The notes beneath the pieces were generated by a model that searched no databases, was not told the DNA's origin, and saw only the letters and a program-made list of their open reading frames with translations. Shown piece after piece: positions 44,182-53,897 of a stretch of 64,000 bases of DNA. Every line of letters starts with the position of its first letter. The stretch's first letter is position 1. The DNA is from Fibrobacter sp. (GTDB lineage: Bacteria; Fibrobacterota; Fibrobacteria; Fibrobacterales; Fibrobacteraceae). The translations under genes and the position numbers were made by a program. The stretch spans positions 1,284-65,283 of the forward strand of contig JAZLKH010000011.1 of NCBI GenBank assembly GCA_045597545.1, given 5' to 3'.

Positions 44182-46080
44182 ATGGAAAAAGCACTCAGAA
44201 TTAACGCTTTCAGAAACATCGGTTTCAAAGACGGCAAACCTCATGACGAACGTCTCGTTCTCAGCCACTCTAATAATCCTGGAGAAATCGGGGACCTCGT
44301 CATTGTTATCGGGGAAAATAACTCCGGAAAGACCAATGTATTAGACGCTCTGGATACCATGGGAAATGGGCGCCTAAAAAAGGAGGATGCAACCGATCTG
44401 ATTCACTATATGGATGATGATAAACCCAAACTGTATTTATCATACAGGGACAATAATGGCGAAGAATGGTCCTTAAGCAAAGAAGAAATTGATAGTGAAA
44501 AAACCTGGATTCACTACCCTAAAAGAGTCGAACAGAAATCTATTTTTGAAACTACCTCTGAGACATTTAAAGATCAAGCGGATAAGCTGATTGATATTGA
44601 GCAGTGCATTTGGCGGACTCAAAAGTTTAAAGAAGTTGAGAAATTTTACCCCTTAGATACAAAACAGAAGTTAGAGGATGCCTTAAATTTTGTTAGCAAA
44701 ACCATAAAAAATTTCAAAGCATCAGCCAAGGTATTTAAAGAAGATTTTAATGCACGAAAAAACAACTATTACGGTGGTTTAAACCAGACTTTAGTGTCTT
44801 ACGACATTGACAGCAATACAATTCTCAAAGATATTGAAAACGCTCAAAAGATTGAAAAGAACTTTGACTATTACTCCAGTATTTTTGAAAAGGAACATAA
44901 CTATCCCATTCGAAGTAAAGTCTTCCGTTACCACGAAAAGGAAATCAAAGACTCAGACCTCCTTACAGATGACGACAACATAGATGAAAGCGATACTTTC
45001 AAGAAATTATTCAAGGCCATTAAATATGATATTCAGAAGATTAAAAAAATTTATGAGAAATATCGCGACAAGTCTTCGCCCAGCTTTTTAAAAGCAGAGG
45101 CAAAGAATATCAATCAAAAAATGAAAGTCATTTCCGACAAATTCAACGCAATGTACAATACTCAGGAGAATCCTTACAAGTTCGAAATAAACCTAGAATC
45201 GGAGGAAATTTCCCTTTCCATATATAGGGGGGAACAACCTCTTCCGTTAAAGAACCAATCTACTGGTTTTAAATGGTTCTTCAACTTATATTTCAATCTT
45301 TTCAATACTGAGGAATTCCACCCAGGTGATATCATCATAATGGATGAACCTGCCACAAACCTTCATGTTAGGGGGCAGCAAGAATTACGCAAGTTCCTTA
45401 AGGACTTTGCTATCCGCAATGACATCATTATCGTTATTGCGACGCACTCCCCCTTCCTCATTGACGCCGATTATCTCGACGAACTTCGAGTTTTAAAAAT
45501 AAACGACGGCGTGACATCCATAGAAAACCAGTTTGCAGCAATAGACCCAGGTAATCCAGATACGACAGCAGACATCCTGGATGCACTAACCATAAAAAAT
45601 CATGTCCTTCTCGACCCCGATAACACCGTTATCTTTGTCGAAGGAATAACCGACTACAATTATCTAACGGCAATGAAGTCCGTCTTAAAATTTGAAGGAG
45701 TATGCTTTTTACCGATTAATGGTGTAAAGACCACCAAGAAAGACCAAGAAAAACTGGCCAAAGAGCTTATGCGCTTGAAAAGGAAGGATGCAATTCTTCT
45801 TGTCGACAACGATAAAGCAGGCAAAGAAATGAACGACGTCTGCAAAAATTCAGACATGAAAGTCGTATCTATCGGAGATATCAACACTGAATTTAAAACT
45901 ATTGAATCTTTGTTTGATGAAGAAGATTCTGATAAGTTTAAAATTTCGACAAACAATAAGCACGCAAGCCACTCATCTCTCTTTAAGAAAAAGGTTCTTA
46001 AGGATCCCTCCTCTATATCAGACGAGACGAAGGAAAACTTTAAAGCCTTATTTGAAAGATTTAAAACTGTAATGGAATAA
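44182..46080 (+). CDS. OLD-like ATP-dependent nuclease (ABC ATPase + TOPRIM)
   Basis: INAFRNI, GENNSGKTNVL, QSTGFKW, IIIMDEPATNLH, ATHSPF, TOPRIM FVEGITD and LLVDND. Confidence 0.8.
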   Translation: MEKALRINAFRNIGFKDGKPHDERLVLSHSNNPGEIGDLVIVIGENNSGKTNVLDALDTMGNGRLKKEDATDLIHYMDDDKPKLYLSYRDNNGEEWSLSKEEIDSEKTWIHYPKRVEQKSIFETTSETFKDQADKLIDIEQCIWRTQKFKEVEKFYPLDTKQKLEDALNFVSKTIKNFKASAKVFKEDFNARKNNYYGGLNQTLVSYDIDSNTILKDIENAQKIEKNFDYYSSIFEKEHNYPIRSKVFRYHEKEIKDSDLLTDDDNIDESDTFKKLFKAIKYDIQKIKKIYEKYRDKSSPSFLKAEAKNINQKMKVISDKFNAMYNTQENPYKFEINLESEEISLSIYRGEQPLPLKNQSTGFKWFFNLYFNLFNTEEFHPGDIIIMDEPATNLHVRGQQELRKFLKDFAIRNDIIIVIATHSPFLIDADYLDELRVLKINDGVTSIENQFAAIDPGNPDTTADILDALTIKNHVLLDPDNTVIFVEGITDYNYLTAMKSVLKFEGVCFLPINGVKTTKKDQEKLAKELMRLKRKDAILLVDNDKAGKEMNDVCKNSDMKVVSIGDINTEFKTIESLFDEEDSDKFKISTNNKHASHSSLFKKKVLKDPSSISDETKENFKALFERFKTVME

Positions 46081-46489
46081 GAACATTCTCTTTCTACACA
46101 TGACATAAAACATTAGAGTCAAGAAGAATTCTCTTGACCCTAGGGTTTGTGTACCTTTCTTCAAATCTTTTTTCTATATTACGTTCATTCCAATCCGGCA
46201 TTCGTGCGCGGCAGTCAAATTATCTGCTTACGATTCGCGGTCTTGCTCATAGCCTTGCAACGGGCGTGAGCAGCCGCAGGGTACCTGGGAAAGCGCTTCC
46301 CGATTCTGTAACGTAGAGTTCCACACAATATCTACCAGTAAGTTTTGCGGGCGTAAACGATCGTATTTCATGTCTGTGCAACCAGCACAGCAAAGGTATC
46401 TCCATGAAAAAAATTACAGGATTTTTGCTTCTAATCACATCCCTCAAAAAATTTCCTTCAATGTCACTCTTTGACGCGAGACTTTTGGT

Positions 46490-48019
46490 ATGTTAAAAAA
46501 TATGAACTGTACTCTTGTTTCTCACTTTACAGCACGGCCGATACCTGCCCTCGCTTTTAAGGAACTTCTTTTTGAATGGAAGAAGGGCGTGGTACGCATG
46601 TCCGAAGTGGATGTTACCGAAGCCATGCGCAGATTCATTACCTCGGATGGGGACTATTGCGACTTTCTTGTGGAAGGTATCGACAAAGGCGATAGCGACG
46701 ATTCCGATTACAAGGCGCTTGGATTCGACGGGACTCAGCTTTTGGCCGACAATCGGGTGGTAAAGACCCACATGACAATGCGCCTAGGCAAAGAAGAATT
46801 CCAGGGTGAAATTTACGTCACCTTCGTCAATTTTCCGCCTGGCAAGCCGTTTGAAAGGAGATTCTTTTCCCTATGGACGATTTTGAACCGGGAAATGTTC
46901 AAGGAGAGCACCCCTTTACAATGGACACCTGCGCCCGCCCCAAAGGTCTTGCTGGAGAATTCCCAGCTAGGGTGGATGCTAAAGGTGATTACCTGGCAAA
47001 ACGGGAATCCTTACGTAAATACAAGGGCTGCGCGACGGAAATTCGCGACGACCCCTGTTGAAGATCGTCAGGCAGATGAACCCGCTGCCGATACCGCGAC
47101 CGAAACTGCGCCGATCATCCCGGAAGCAACCGCAACGGCCACAGCCGAATCCGAGACGGTCTGCGAAAACGCTTCGGCAAACGTCGCTGAGGACCCCGCA
47201 GCGCTAATCGCCAGCCTCCAGGAGCAACTGGAGGAATGCAAGAGCGATTACGAGGAACTCTCCGAAAAGAACGACCAGCTAGTTGCTGCAAATCGCGAAC
47301 TGAAGAAGGATAAGAAACTGCTCGCACAAAATGTCGAAGTTCAAAAGAGTCGTCTCAAGGCGCTTAAGAAGCGTGCCGAAAGCGCAGAGGCCCGCGCCAG
47401 GGAAGCCACCAACGGCGACGTCAGGGAATTCTGCGAATACTTCGACAAGGAACGCAAAAGGCTGGAAACCGAGGGCGAAGAAAAGGACGAACGCATCAGA
47501 TCCCTGCAACAGGAACTGGACCTTGCCATGGGAGAAATCGCCTCTCTCAAAGGCAGGCTCAACAAGCAAAGTTCCGGAAACGGAATCAGCGGGCTGCTTG
47601 CCGCACCCGATAACGAAACGGAAAAATATGCGGACGAATTCGGAATCGCCATTCTCAGCGCCCTGCACAAGGCCATCGAAAAGACTCCCACCAAGAACAA
47701 CTCGCCACATACCAGATGCATCGACGTGTGGCAGGCCATCATCAACGCAAACGCCGACCTGGAAAAGGCCTTCGAGCAGTTCTGCGACGACAAGGAAGCC
47801 TTAAAGAACGCCATAGTATGCGGTGAACTGGACAAGAAAAAGCACCTTTTAAGCCCGTTTAACCTGACTTACGGCAAGCATAACAACTGCCACGGAAAAA
47901 TCACCTTCGGCAGCGACGAACGCTATATCGCAAGTACAGCTTCAACAGCCAGCGAAACTGCCGCCGGTTTCAGCAACTGCGCCAAGGATTTGCGAAATAC
48001 GTTCCTGTTTCCCACGTAG
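46490..48019 (+). CDS. Hypothetical coiled-coil protein with possible HicA-like C-terminal domain
   Basis: Globular N-terminus, about 130-aa coiled coil, C-terminal HGKITFGSDERYIASTASTASE..GFSNCAKDL. Confidence 0.6.
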   Translation: MLKNMNCTLVSHFTARPIPALAFKELLFEWKKGVVRMSEVDVTEAMRRFITSDGDYCDFLVEGIDKGDSDDSDYKALGFDGTQLLADNRVVKTHMTMRLGKEEFQGEIYVTFVNFPPGKPFERRFFSLWTILNREMFKESTPLQWTPAPAPKVLLENSQLGWMLKVITWQNGNPYVNTRAARRKFATTPVEDRQADEPAADTATETAPIIPEATATATAESETVCENASANVAEDPAALIASLQEQLEECKSDYEELSEKNDQLVAANRELKKDKKLLAQNVEVQKSRLKALKKRAESAEARAREATNGDVREFCEYFDKERKRLETEGEEKDERIRSLQQELDLAMGEIASLKGRLNKQSSGNGISGLLAAPDNETEKYADEFGIAILSALHKAIEKTPTKNNSPHTRCIDVWQAIINANADLEKAFEQFCDDKEALKNAIVCGELDKKKHLLSPFNLTYGKHNNCHGKITFGSDERYIASTASTASETAAGFSNCAKDLRNTFLFPT

Positions 48020-48067
48020 GTGCAGTAGGTAAAAAATCTATATTTGCAGCCGAAGAAAGGAAAAGTT

Positions 48068-48628
48068 ATGGCAAAAGAATTTCAGATGCAAATGAACCTG
48101 GCATCCCGCCTGGACAAGTACTCCCTGAAGCTGCAGCAGCTCATGGTGAAATCCAAGTTCACCCTCAAGGCCATGGAATACGGCGCCACTCACGTGATGC
48201 TCCGCGACCTCATGAAGTACGGCGTGGAACTTGACGGCGTATTCAACAGCGTAGGCGACTTCTGCTTCTCCAAGACGACGCTCCCCCTGGACGAATACGC
48301 CCTGGACATGGTCGTCCAATTTGACGCCGTGACACTCAACGCCCGCCTCATGAGCGTGAACATCTCCAGCAAGCGCACCAAGGACGGCAACACCGAAACG
48401 GAATACTCCTTCAACTTCGAAAAGGACGCCGACAAGGACGACTTCGACCTGGTAATCCCCTACTTCAAGGTGAAGGTCCCCGAGGAGGAGCAGGATGACC
48501 CCAACAAGGTGGACATGGGCGGCATCCAGGATCTGGTCTCCGGCCTCGAAGGCGAAGGCAAGGGCAAGTTCAAGCGCAAGAAGAAGCGCCCCTTCATCTA
48601 CTACGATACCTACTTCACCATTGAGTAA
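48068..48628 (+). CDS. Hypothetical protein (full-length paralog of 35508-35777)
   Basis: AAGGAAAA RBS, strong GC3 codon bias, followed by hairpin at 48636-48660. Confidence 0.75.
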   Translation: MAKEFQMQMNLASRLDKYSLKLQQLMVKSKFTLKAMEYGATHVMLRDLMKYGVELDGVFNSVGDFCFSKTTLPLDEYALDMVVQFDAVTLNARLMSVNISSKRTKDGNTETEYSFNFEKDADKDDFDLVIPYFKVKVPEEEQDDPNKVDMGGIQDLVSGLEGEGKGKFKRKKKRPFIYYDTYFTIE

Positions 48629-48658
48629 AAAATTCGCCTCGCAGTGATGCGGGGCCTT

Positions 48659-49123
48659 TTATTTTCCCCAGTGCTTGGACATTTCTTCCTCTTTCGTCTT
48701 CTGGATGACATCCCTTCGAAATTTATTCCAGGCATCCAGACCGATGGCTTCGATCATTTCCCTTTCATTTAAAATTCTTCCGGAAGTCGCGCAAATCCCG
48801 TCCTCCTCCAGAAGAAATTTACGCAACGCCGTAAGGAACTTGATTGCCGCTGTCAACCGGGCCGTCTGCGGATATTTTACATCCTCTGGCGCCTTATCGG
48901 CATTGTCCTTCCAGTAAAGCTTGTAGACGCTATCCGAGTAAACCTGGTGACGGCAGCCGTCGCTACTGGCGGGCATCTGCTTTTTGCTGGCGTGCAAGAT
49001 AACCGGATCCTCCTGTTTTTCGAGGAACTGCTTTGTCGCCTTGAAGTAGGACAGGTCCTTTTCCTTAAAGATGACCTCCAGTTCCTTCTGCAACTGCCGC
49101 CATTCTTCGGCTTTTGTAATCAT
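48659..49123 (-). CDS. Hypothetical protein
   Basis: 154-aa ORF 4 bp downstream of a lipoprotein gene on the same strand. Confidence 0.55.
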   Translation of the reverse strand: MITKAEEWRQLQKELEVIFKEKDLSYFKATKQFLEKQEDPVILHASKKQMPASSDGCRHQVYSDSVYKLYWKDNADKAPEDVKYPQTARLTAAIKFLTALRKFLLEEDGICATSGRILNEREMIEAIGLDAWNKFRRDVIQKTKEEEMSKHWGK

Positions 49124-49127
49124 AGGC

Positions 49128-49913
49128 TTATCTCAGAGAGCAAGACTGAGCCTTGGACATTGCCTGGCCTGGCTTAATCTTTTCCTTGCACTGCCACGCC
49201 ATAATGTTTCTGGCGCAATTCTCTATGCGTTCCTCCCTGGAGGCTCCTGTATTGCCGCAACCCGTAATACAAGCTTCCATCAGCTTATACTCGATGGATA
49301 GCTCATATCGGTCGCAGTTCGTAGCCTTGGCTATGGCTGCCCCTGCAACGGCACCCCCCGCTATCGAAATAGCCTCTGGCGCAATCTTCTTGGCAAACTT
49401 CCTCCAGCCACCGCCCACCTCGGAAGCTTCACTAGCTGTTTCATCAGCGCTTTTTTCTACCGCGTTCTCTACAGAAGACGTTTCCGGCGTTTCTGCCAAA
49501 ACAGGCTCCTCCACGGATTCTACCACAGCTTGCTTTTCAGCAACAGCATCTTGAGCCTCCACCTCCTGAATTTCCCCATCCTGGGTCTCCACATCCTGGG
49601 ATAGGGAATCCTGGTTTTCGGCAGCGGACAAATCATCGGTTTCCGCAATCGAAGCCAAAACCCCTCTCAGGGAATCAATCATAAGGGTCTGCCTCTGGGA
49701 AACCTTCAGTATGGAGTCCAAAGCCTTATGGTTAATCGCTAATAAAGCTTCGGCCTTGGCATCTGTCTCGGAGCGGTTCCTGCATATCTCCGCATACGGG
49801 CGCTCAGCCAAAAAGGCATTAAGGCATATGGACGCAGCCTCCTTGGTGTCGCGGTCACAGGCGACAAGGACTAGCAGAAACACGCATAAAATTGGGTAAA
49901 GATACAGTTTCAT
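49128..49913 (-). CDS. Lipoprotein with acidic linker and Cys-containing C-terminal domain
   Basis: MKLYLYPILCVFLLVLVAC lipobox; glycine-zipper-like AGGAVAGAA. Confidence 0.65.
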   Translation of the reverse strand: MKLYLYPILCVFLLVLVACDRDTKEAASICLNAFLAERPYAEICRNRSETDAKAEALLAINHKALDSILKVSQRQTLMIDSLRGVLASIAETDDLSAAENQDSLSQDVETQDGEIQEVEAQDAVAEKQAVVESVEEPVLAETPETSSVENAVEKSADETASEASEVGGGWRKFAKKIAPEAISIAGGAVAGAAIAKATNCDRYELSIEYKLMEACITGCGNTGASREERIENCARNIMAWQCKEKIKPGQAMSKAQSCSLR

Positions 49914-50028
49914 ATAAAAAAGTTAAAAAAAATACGTTCTTGTACCACTAAATGTCCACTACACGGTTGCTCTTATTCCCTCTGTTGATAAAAGAACGTC
50001 CAAATCAATCAAAAAAGAGGTACACATC

Positions 50029-50271
50029 ATGGCAAACCTGTCAACAGACAAGGAAATCAACATCCTTTGCAACAAAATGCTAGGCACCGGGTTATGGAAA
50101 ATCGCCCGACACGGCAAGCACACCATATTGAGGCACGTGGCAAGGGGGGCAACCAAATTCTTCATCGTCCCCTGCACGCCAAGTGACCCTCGCGCATTCG
50201 CAAACTTCCGGCGCGATTACTACCGCTATATCCGCGCCTTCCTCATCCAGAACGGCACCATTATCGCCTAG
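50029..50271 (+). CDS. HicA-like (dsRBD-fold) small protein
   Basis: AAAGAGG RBS; GLWKIARHGKHTILRH...IVPCTPSDPRAFANFRRD (G-K-H and TPSD-R-x-x-N pattern). Confidence 0.65.
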   Translation: MANLSTDKEINILCNKMLGTGLWKIARHGKHTILRHVARGATKFFIVPCTPSDPRAFANFRRDYYRYIRAFLIQNGTIIA

Positions 50272-50296
50272 TCATTTTTCAAAGGAGTCTGCAAAT

Positions 50297-51307
50297 ATGC
50301 TTGGCATTACAACCGTACCATTCGGCTTCCTCACCAAAGATTCTTCAAATATCCTCAACGACGCGCTCACGCCATTCGTTATCAACTGGCACATCACCGA
50401 AAAGTGCAACTATCGCTGCGGGCACTGTTTCGCCAAATGGAACCATCCTGCAGAAATCTGGGAATCCGTCGAAAACATCCGCGCCATCATCGACAACATC
50501 GACGATTACTGCACCAGAAGGAACATCTGGAATCGACGACTGAACATTGTCGGTGGAGAGCCCATCTTGCAGCCAGAACGCCTGTGGAACGTGGCGGAAT
50601 ACGCGTACGAGAAAAATTTCAGGATTTCGCTTATCACCAACGGCAGCCATCTCGAAAACGTACTACCCTTCGCCCACATCATTTCCATGATTGGCATCTC
50701 CATCGACTCCCTTGACCATGAGACCAACATCAGGATCGGAAGGGAGTGCTGCCAGAAAACGCTGTCGCTGGAATCACTGCGCAACAAGATGGCGTCCATC
50801 AGCAGCGTCAATCCCGCCATTGAATTTAAGATCAACACCGTCGTGAACAAATTCAACTACAACGAGATTCTGGTGAACGACCTTGCCGAGCTCAACATTC
50901 AAAAGTGGAAGATTCTGCGCCAGTTGCCTTTCGGCAACAACCCCGGCATTTCCGACTACATGTTCTACGCCTTCTTGCGGAACAACTACAAAACAGAGCT
51001 TTTGTCAAAGGAGGCAATCTTTGTAGAGAGTAACGAGGCGATGACGGAAAGCTACCTGATGCTTTCTCCGGATGGAAGAATTTTCCAGAATGGCGATGTA
51101 AGCTACAGGTACAGCACACCTCTCACGGAGACTCCCTTTGAAAAGGCTCTCGGCGAAATCCAATTCGACAAGGAAAAGTTCGACGCGCGCTACAATACGC
51201 ATACAACGGAAGAGGTCATTTACCAAATGGAAAACTTCTTTCACCTGAACTCCAATGACGACGACTTAGACTTCGACTGCTATATGGATTTCAGCGACAA
51301 GGACTAA
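50297..51307 (+). CDS. Prokaryotic viperin (radical SAM antiviral enzyme, pVip)
   Basis: AAGGAG RBS; NWHITEKCNYRCGHCF (N-phi-H-x4-CxxxCxxC-F), LNIVGGEP, ITNGS, GISIDS, IGR, KINTVVN, KWKILR, ESNEAMTESYLMLSPDGRIFQN. Confidence 0.88.
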   Translation: MLGITTVPFGFLTKDSSNILNDALTPFVINWHITEKCNYRCGHCFAKWNHPAEIWESVENIRAIIDNIDDYCTRRNIWNRRLNIVGGEPILQPERLWNVAEYAYEKNFRISLITNGSHLENVLPFAHIISMIGISIDSLDHETNIRIGRECCQKTLSLESLRNKMASISSVNPAIEFKINTVVNKFNYNEILVNDLAELNIQKWKILRQLPFGNNPGISDYMFYAFLRNNYKTELLSKEAIFVESNEAMTESYLMLSPDGRIFQNGDVSYRYSTPLTETPFEKALGEIQFDKEKFDARYNTHTTEEVIYQMENFFHLNSNDDDLDFDCYMDFSDKD

Positions 51308-51350
51308 CCCACGCCCCGCCGCGCATTCAGGGAGATGCGCAAGGACACGG

Positions 51351-51411
51351 GCCATCCGGGTAGATAGGCAGACTGATTTCGGCAATTACGCACCTATTTT
51401 GCCCGGATGGC
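51351..51411. terminator. Long inverted repeat after viperin (terminator or processing hairpin)
   Basis: GCCATCCGGGTAGATAGG ... CCTATTTTGCCCGGATGGC. Confidence 0.45.
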
Positions 51412-51470
51412 TTTCGTCAACTTCCAAATTTTCATTTACAAGTGCCAATGATTTAGTTATTTTATTTACC

Positions 51471-51746
51471 ACATAGCGGGCAACCGCGACCGTTTTTTTT
51501 GAGCTTAGTACTCATTCACCTTGACTGGAATCGGCAAAATTCAAAACGCAGGAGGATGAGGCTATCGGCTCACGTCCCGTTCGGGGCGTGGGTTGTTATC
51601 GTTTGTTTATGCGTAATGGCTTTGCCGAGCCTCAGTCTGTAAACGAGCGAGGGACAACTCCACGCCTTTTTTAGTTGAAGGGCATGGATTCCTCTCGCAA
51701 GCTTTGACGGCTGCGGCCACCTCGCCACACTTTTACGAGAGGATAT
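51471..51746 (+). ncRNA. Candidate structured 5' leader RNA (motif shared with 8513-8662)
   Basis: TTTACA-N17-TATTTT promoter, then ACATAG-GCGG/GCAA/CCGC-GACCG, several long stems, final CCTCG/CGAGAGG hairpin overlapping the RBS. Confidence 0.5.
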
Positions 51747-53087
51747 ATGAAAAAAGCCATTTCTCCGATTCGCGTCCTGGCCCTTTCGGCGGCTTTTGCA
51801 AGCCAGGTTTTTGCCAGTTCCATGTGCGTGGAACTGTGTACGCCCTGCAGCGAGAACGCAGGGGACACCACTTGCGCCAAGGTGGAATCCCTTTGCAACT
51901 GTGCCGCCGTCATGGACAGCATCAATACGGTAGCCTCCGAAATCAGCAAGAACAAGCAGCAGCTGGCCATGGAACTTCTCGGTTCCTGCGACCAGGCGGC
52001 ATGCCAGAGCACAATCCATTTCGCAGACGGCAAGTTCACTTCCACCGAGGTCACCTCGTCAAGCGCTAAGCTCGAAAGACTCAAGGAAAAACATGCGCGG
52101 GATGCCGACCTGCAGATTCCGGCAGACAGCGCAGAGGCACTACAGGCAAAGGTCATGCGCCTTGAACAGTCGAGAGTCCTTGCCGACAAGGCCTTCGACA
52201 TCTGCGGCGGCCAGGGTAGCTGCACCGTAGACGTACTGTACCTGAACTCCATGGAAATCGTAGAGATCAAGGAAGTTGAGGCCGAGGCGATCGCAACGAA
52301 CGATTCCGCCGCGGTTTTACAAACAGAAGAACAGCCCACAACACAGACCGAAAAAATCGCCCAGCCCGAACAACCCGAACAACCGCAAGGTAACGATCAG
52401 AAGGCAGCCCCTGCAAACCCAAATCAAAAGAATCTGTACAAGGGCGTCGCCCTCTCCTACGGTTACTTTATAGAAAGGGATTACCTGCGACTGGGAATCC
52501 ACGGCTACGATGGCGAAAACAATTATGACGGAGCCATCACCTGGCTTATGCGCTGGTACTTCTACAGCGCAGGCTCCCTGCAGGCGGGTCTCGGCGTCTC
52601 CTACCACCACGCCGAATACTACTCCGACAAGTACAAGTTCCTGGGGAACATCGACTATTACGAAATTGATTGGTTCTATGGTAGCTACAATGGTAGCTAT
52701 GAACGCCGCGAATCCGTGTACCTGTCAATCGATGGAGAGGAACACACCATATCACTTGAAATTCCATTGACCCTTCGACTGGGGATTCCCTTCGCCAAGG
52801 GTTTTGCCCCCTACGCCAGCGGCACCTTCATGGTACGCAAGCCCATATACGGCTGGGCCGACGTGGATGTTGACGACTGGTGGTTCACTGAGGATGACAC
52901 CGGCATGAAGAGCGACTTCTACAGCGATGAGGATTGGGAATTCGTCGGCTGGCTAGGCTTTGGCGTCGAATTCACAAGGCACTTTTCCGTGGAATACCAG
53001 ATGATGCTTTTCTCGACAAGTACCGGCATCGGCCACGAATACTACCCAGAAGACAGCTGGCGTGTAAATCTTCAATTCGCCTGGTAA
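51747..53087 (+). CDS. Outer-membrane beta-barrel protein with Cys-rich N-terminal domain
   Basis: Signal peptide, CVELCTPC..C..C.C, LEIPLTLR, C-terminal WRVNLQFAW. Confidence 0.7.
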   Translation: MKKAISPIRVLALSAAFASQVFASSMCVELCTPCSENAGDTTCAKVESLCNCAAVMDSINTVASEISKNKQQLAMELLGSCDQAACQSTIHFADGKFTSTEVTSSSAKLERLKEKHARDADLQIPADSAEALQAKVMRLEQSRVLADKAFDICGGQGSCTVDVLYLNSMEIVEIKEVEAEAIATNDSAAVLQTEEQPTTQTEKIAQPEQPEQPQGNDQKAAPANPNQKNLYKGVALSYGYFIERDYLRLGIHGYDGENNYDGAITWLMRWYFYSAGSLQAGLGVSYHHAEYYSDKYKFLGNIDYYEIDWFYGSYNGSYERRESVYLSIDGEEHTISLEIPLTLRLGIPFAKGFAPYASGTFMVRKPIYGWADVDVDDWWFTEDDTGMKSDFYSDEDWEFVGWLGFGVEFTRHFSVEYQMMLFSTSTGIGHEYYPEDSWRVNLQFAW

Positions 53088-53096
53088 GGAGGACAC

Positions 53097-53897
53097 ATGA
53101 AAATCTTTAAGCAATTTGCAACTGCCGCCATGACATTCGCCTTGGCCTGCCCCCTGTTCACCGCCTGCGGCAACGGCCCCGTGGAGCAGGACGAGATAGA
53201 GGACATGATCGAAGAGGTTTCTTGGAAATCCGAACAGAATATCAAAGAGAAAAACGAGGAATACAGCCAAAGTAACAAGCTATGGGCATGTTACGACAAG
53301 TACTACTATAGCACCTGCTGCGACAGGTGTTACGAGGACTACGGCTACTATGAATGTGGCTACTGCTACAACAGTTCCAGCAGCACACGCTCCTCCAGCT
53401 CCAGCCGCTACTCCAGCTCCAGCTACTACGACCCCTGGGACGACTACTACCCGTCAAGCAGCTCCAACAGCGTTTCCATCTACACAAAAGGCACCACCAC
53501 CATCACCATCACGCTGGATTACTACCATCAGCTGAAAACCATGGACGATAATGGCCTTTCCGACGGCGATCCCCGAATTTTCTTTGGAATCAAGTCCTAC
53601 CGCAATGGCGATCGTCAGGATTCCGTCCAAACATCCACCATAAATCTCGGAGACAATGTAGGTACCTGGTCCGGGTCAAAGTCCGTAACTGCCACCCTTT
53701 CCGGAGGCATTGACGAAATTCTCGTTTGCCCGGTATTTACCGATGCCGACCCTTTCTTCGATGACCACGAGTACAGTTCCGACTACTGCTACTACGTCCA
53801 CGACATGGGCAAAAAAATCGGCGAGAGAATCAACCAGGACGATTACATGGCGACCTACTTCGAACTGGAATGGCACCTGGTGTTTAACTATAACTGA
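53097..53897 (+). CDS. Lipoprotein with Cys/Tyr-rich segment and Ser-rich linker
   Basis: AAGGAGG RBS; FTAC lipobox; C-terminal DGDP..D.DP domain. Confidence 0.7.
   Translation: MKIFKQFATAAMTFALACPLFTACGNGPVEQDEIEDMIEEVSWKSEQNIKEKNEEYSQSNKLWACYDKYYYSTCCDRCYEDYGYYECGYCYNSSSSTRSSSSSRYSSSSYYDPWDDYYPSSSSNSVSIYTKGTTTITITLDYYHQLKTMDDNGLSDGDPRIFFGIKSYRNGDRQDSVQTSTINLGDNVGTWSGSKSVTATLSGGIDEILVCPVFTDADPFFDDHEYSSDYCYYVHDMGKKIGERINQDDYMATYFELEWHLVFNYN

Noticed and set aside
41612-51411. Prophage or integrative element
   Set aside because: No integrase, transposase, phage structural genes or att-like direct repeats found
53354-53551. Gln/His-rich small ORF
   Set aside because: Alternative frame of the Ser/Thr-rich linker of the 53097 lipoprotein
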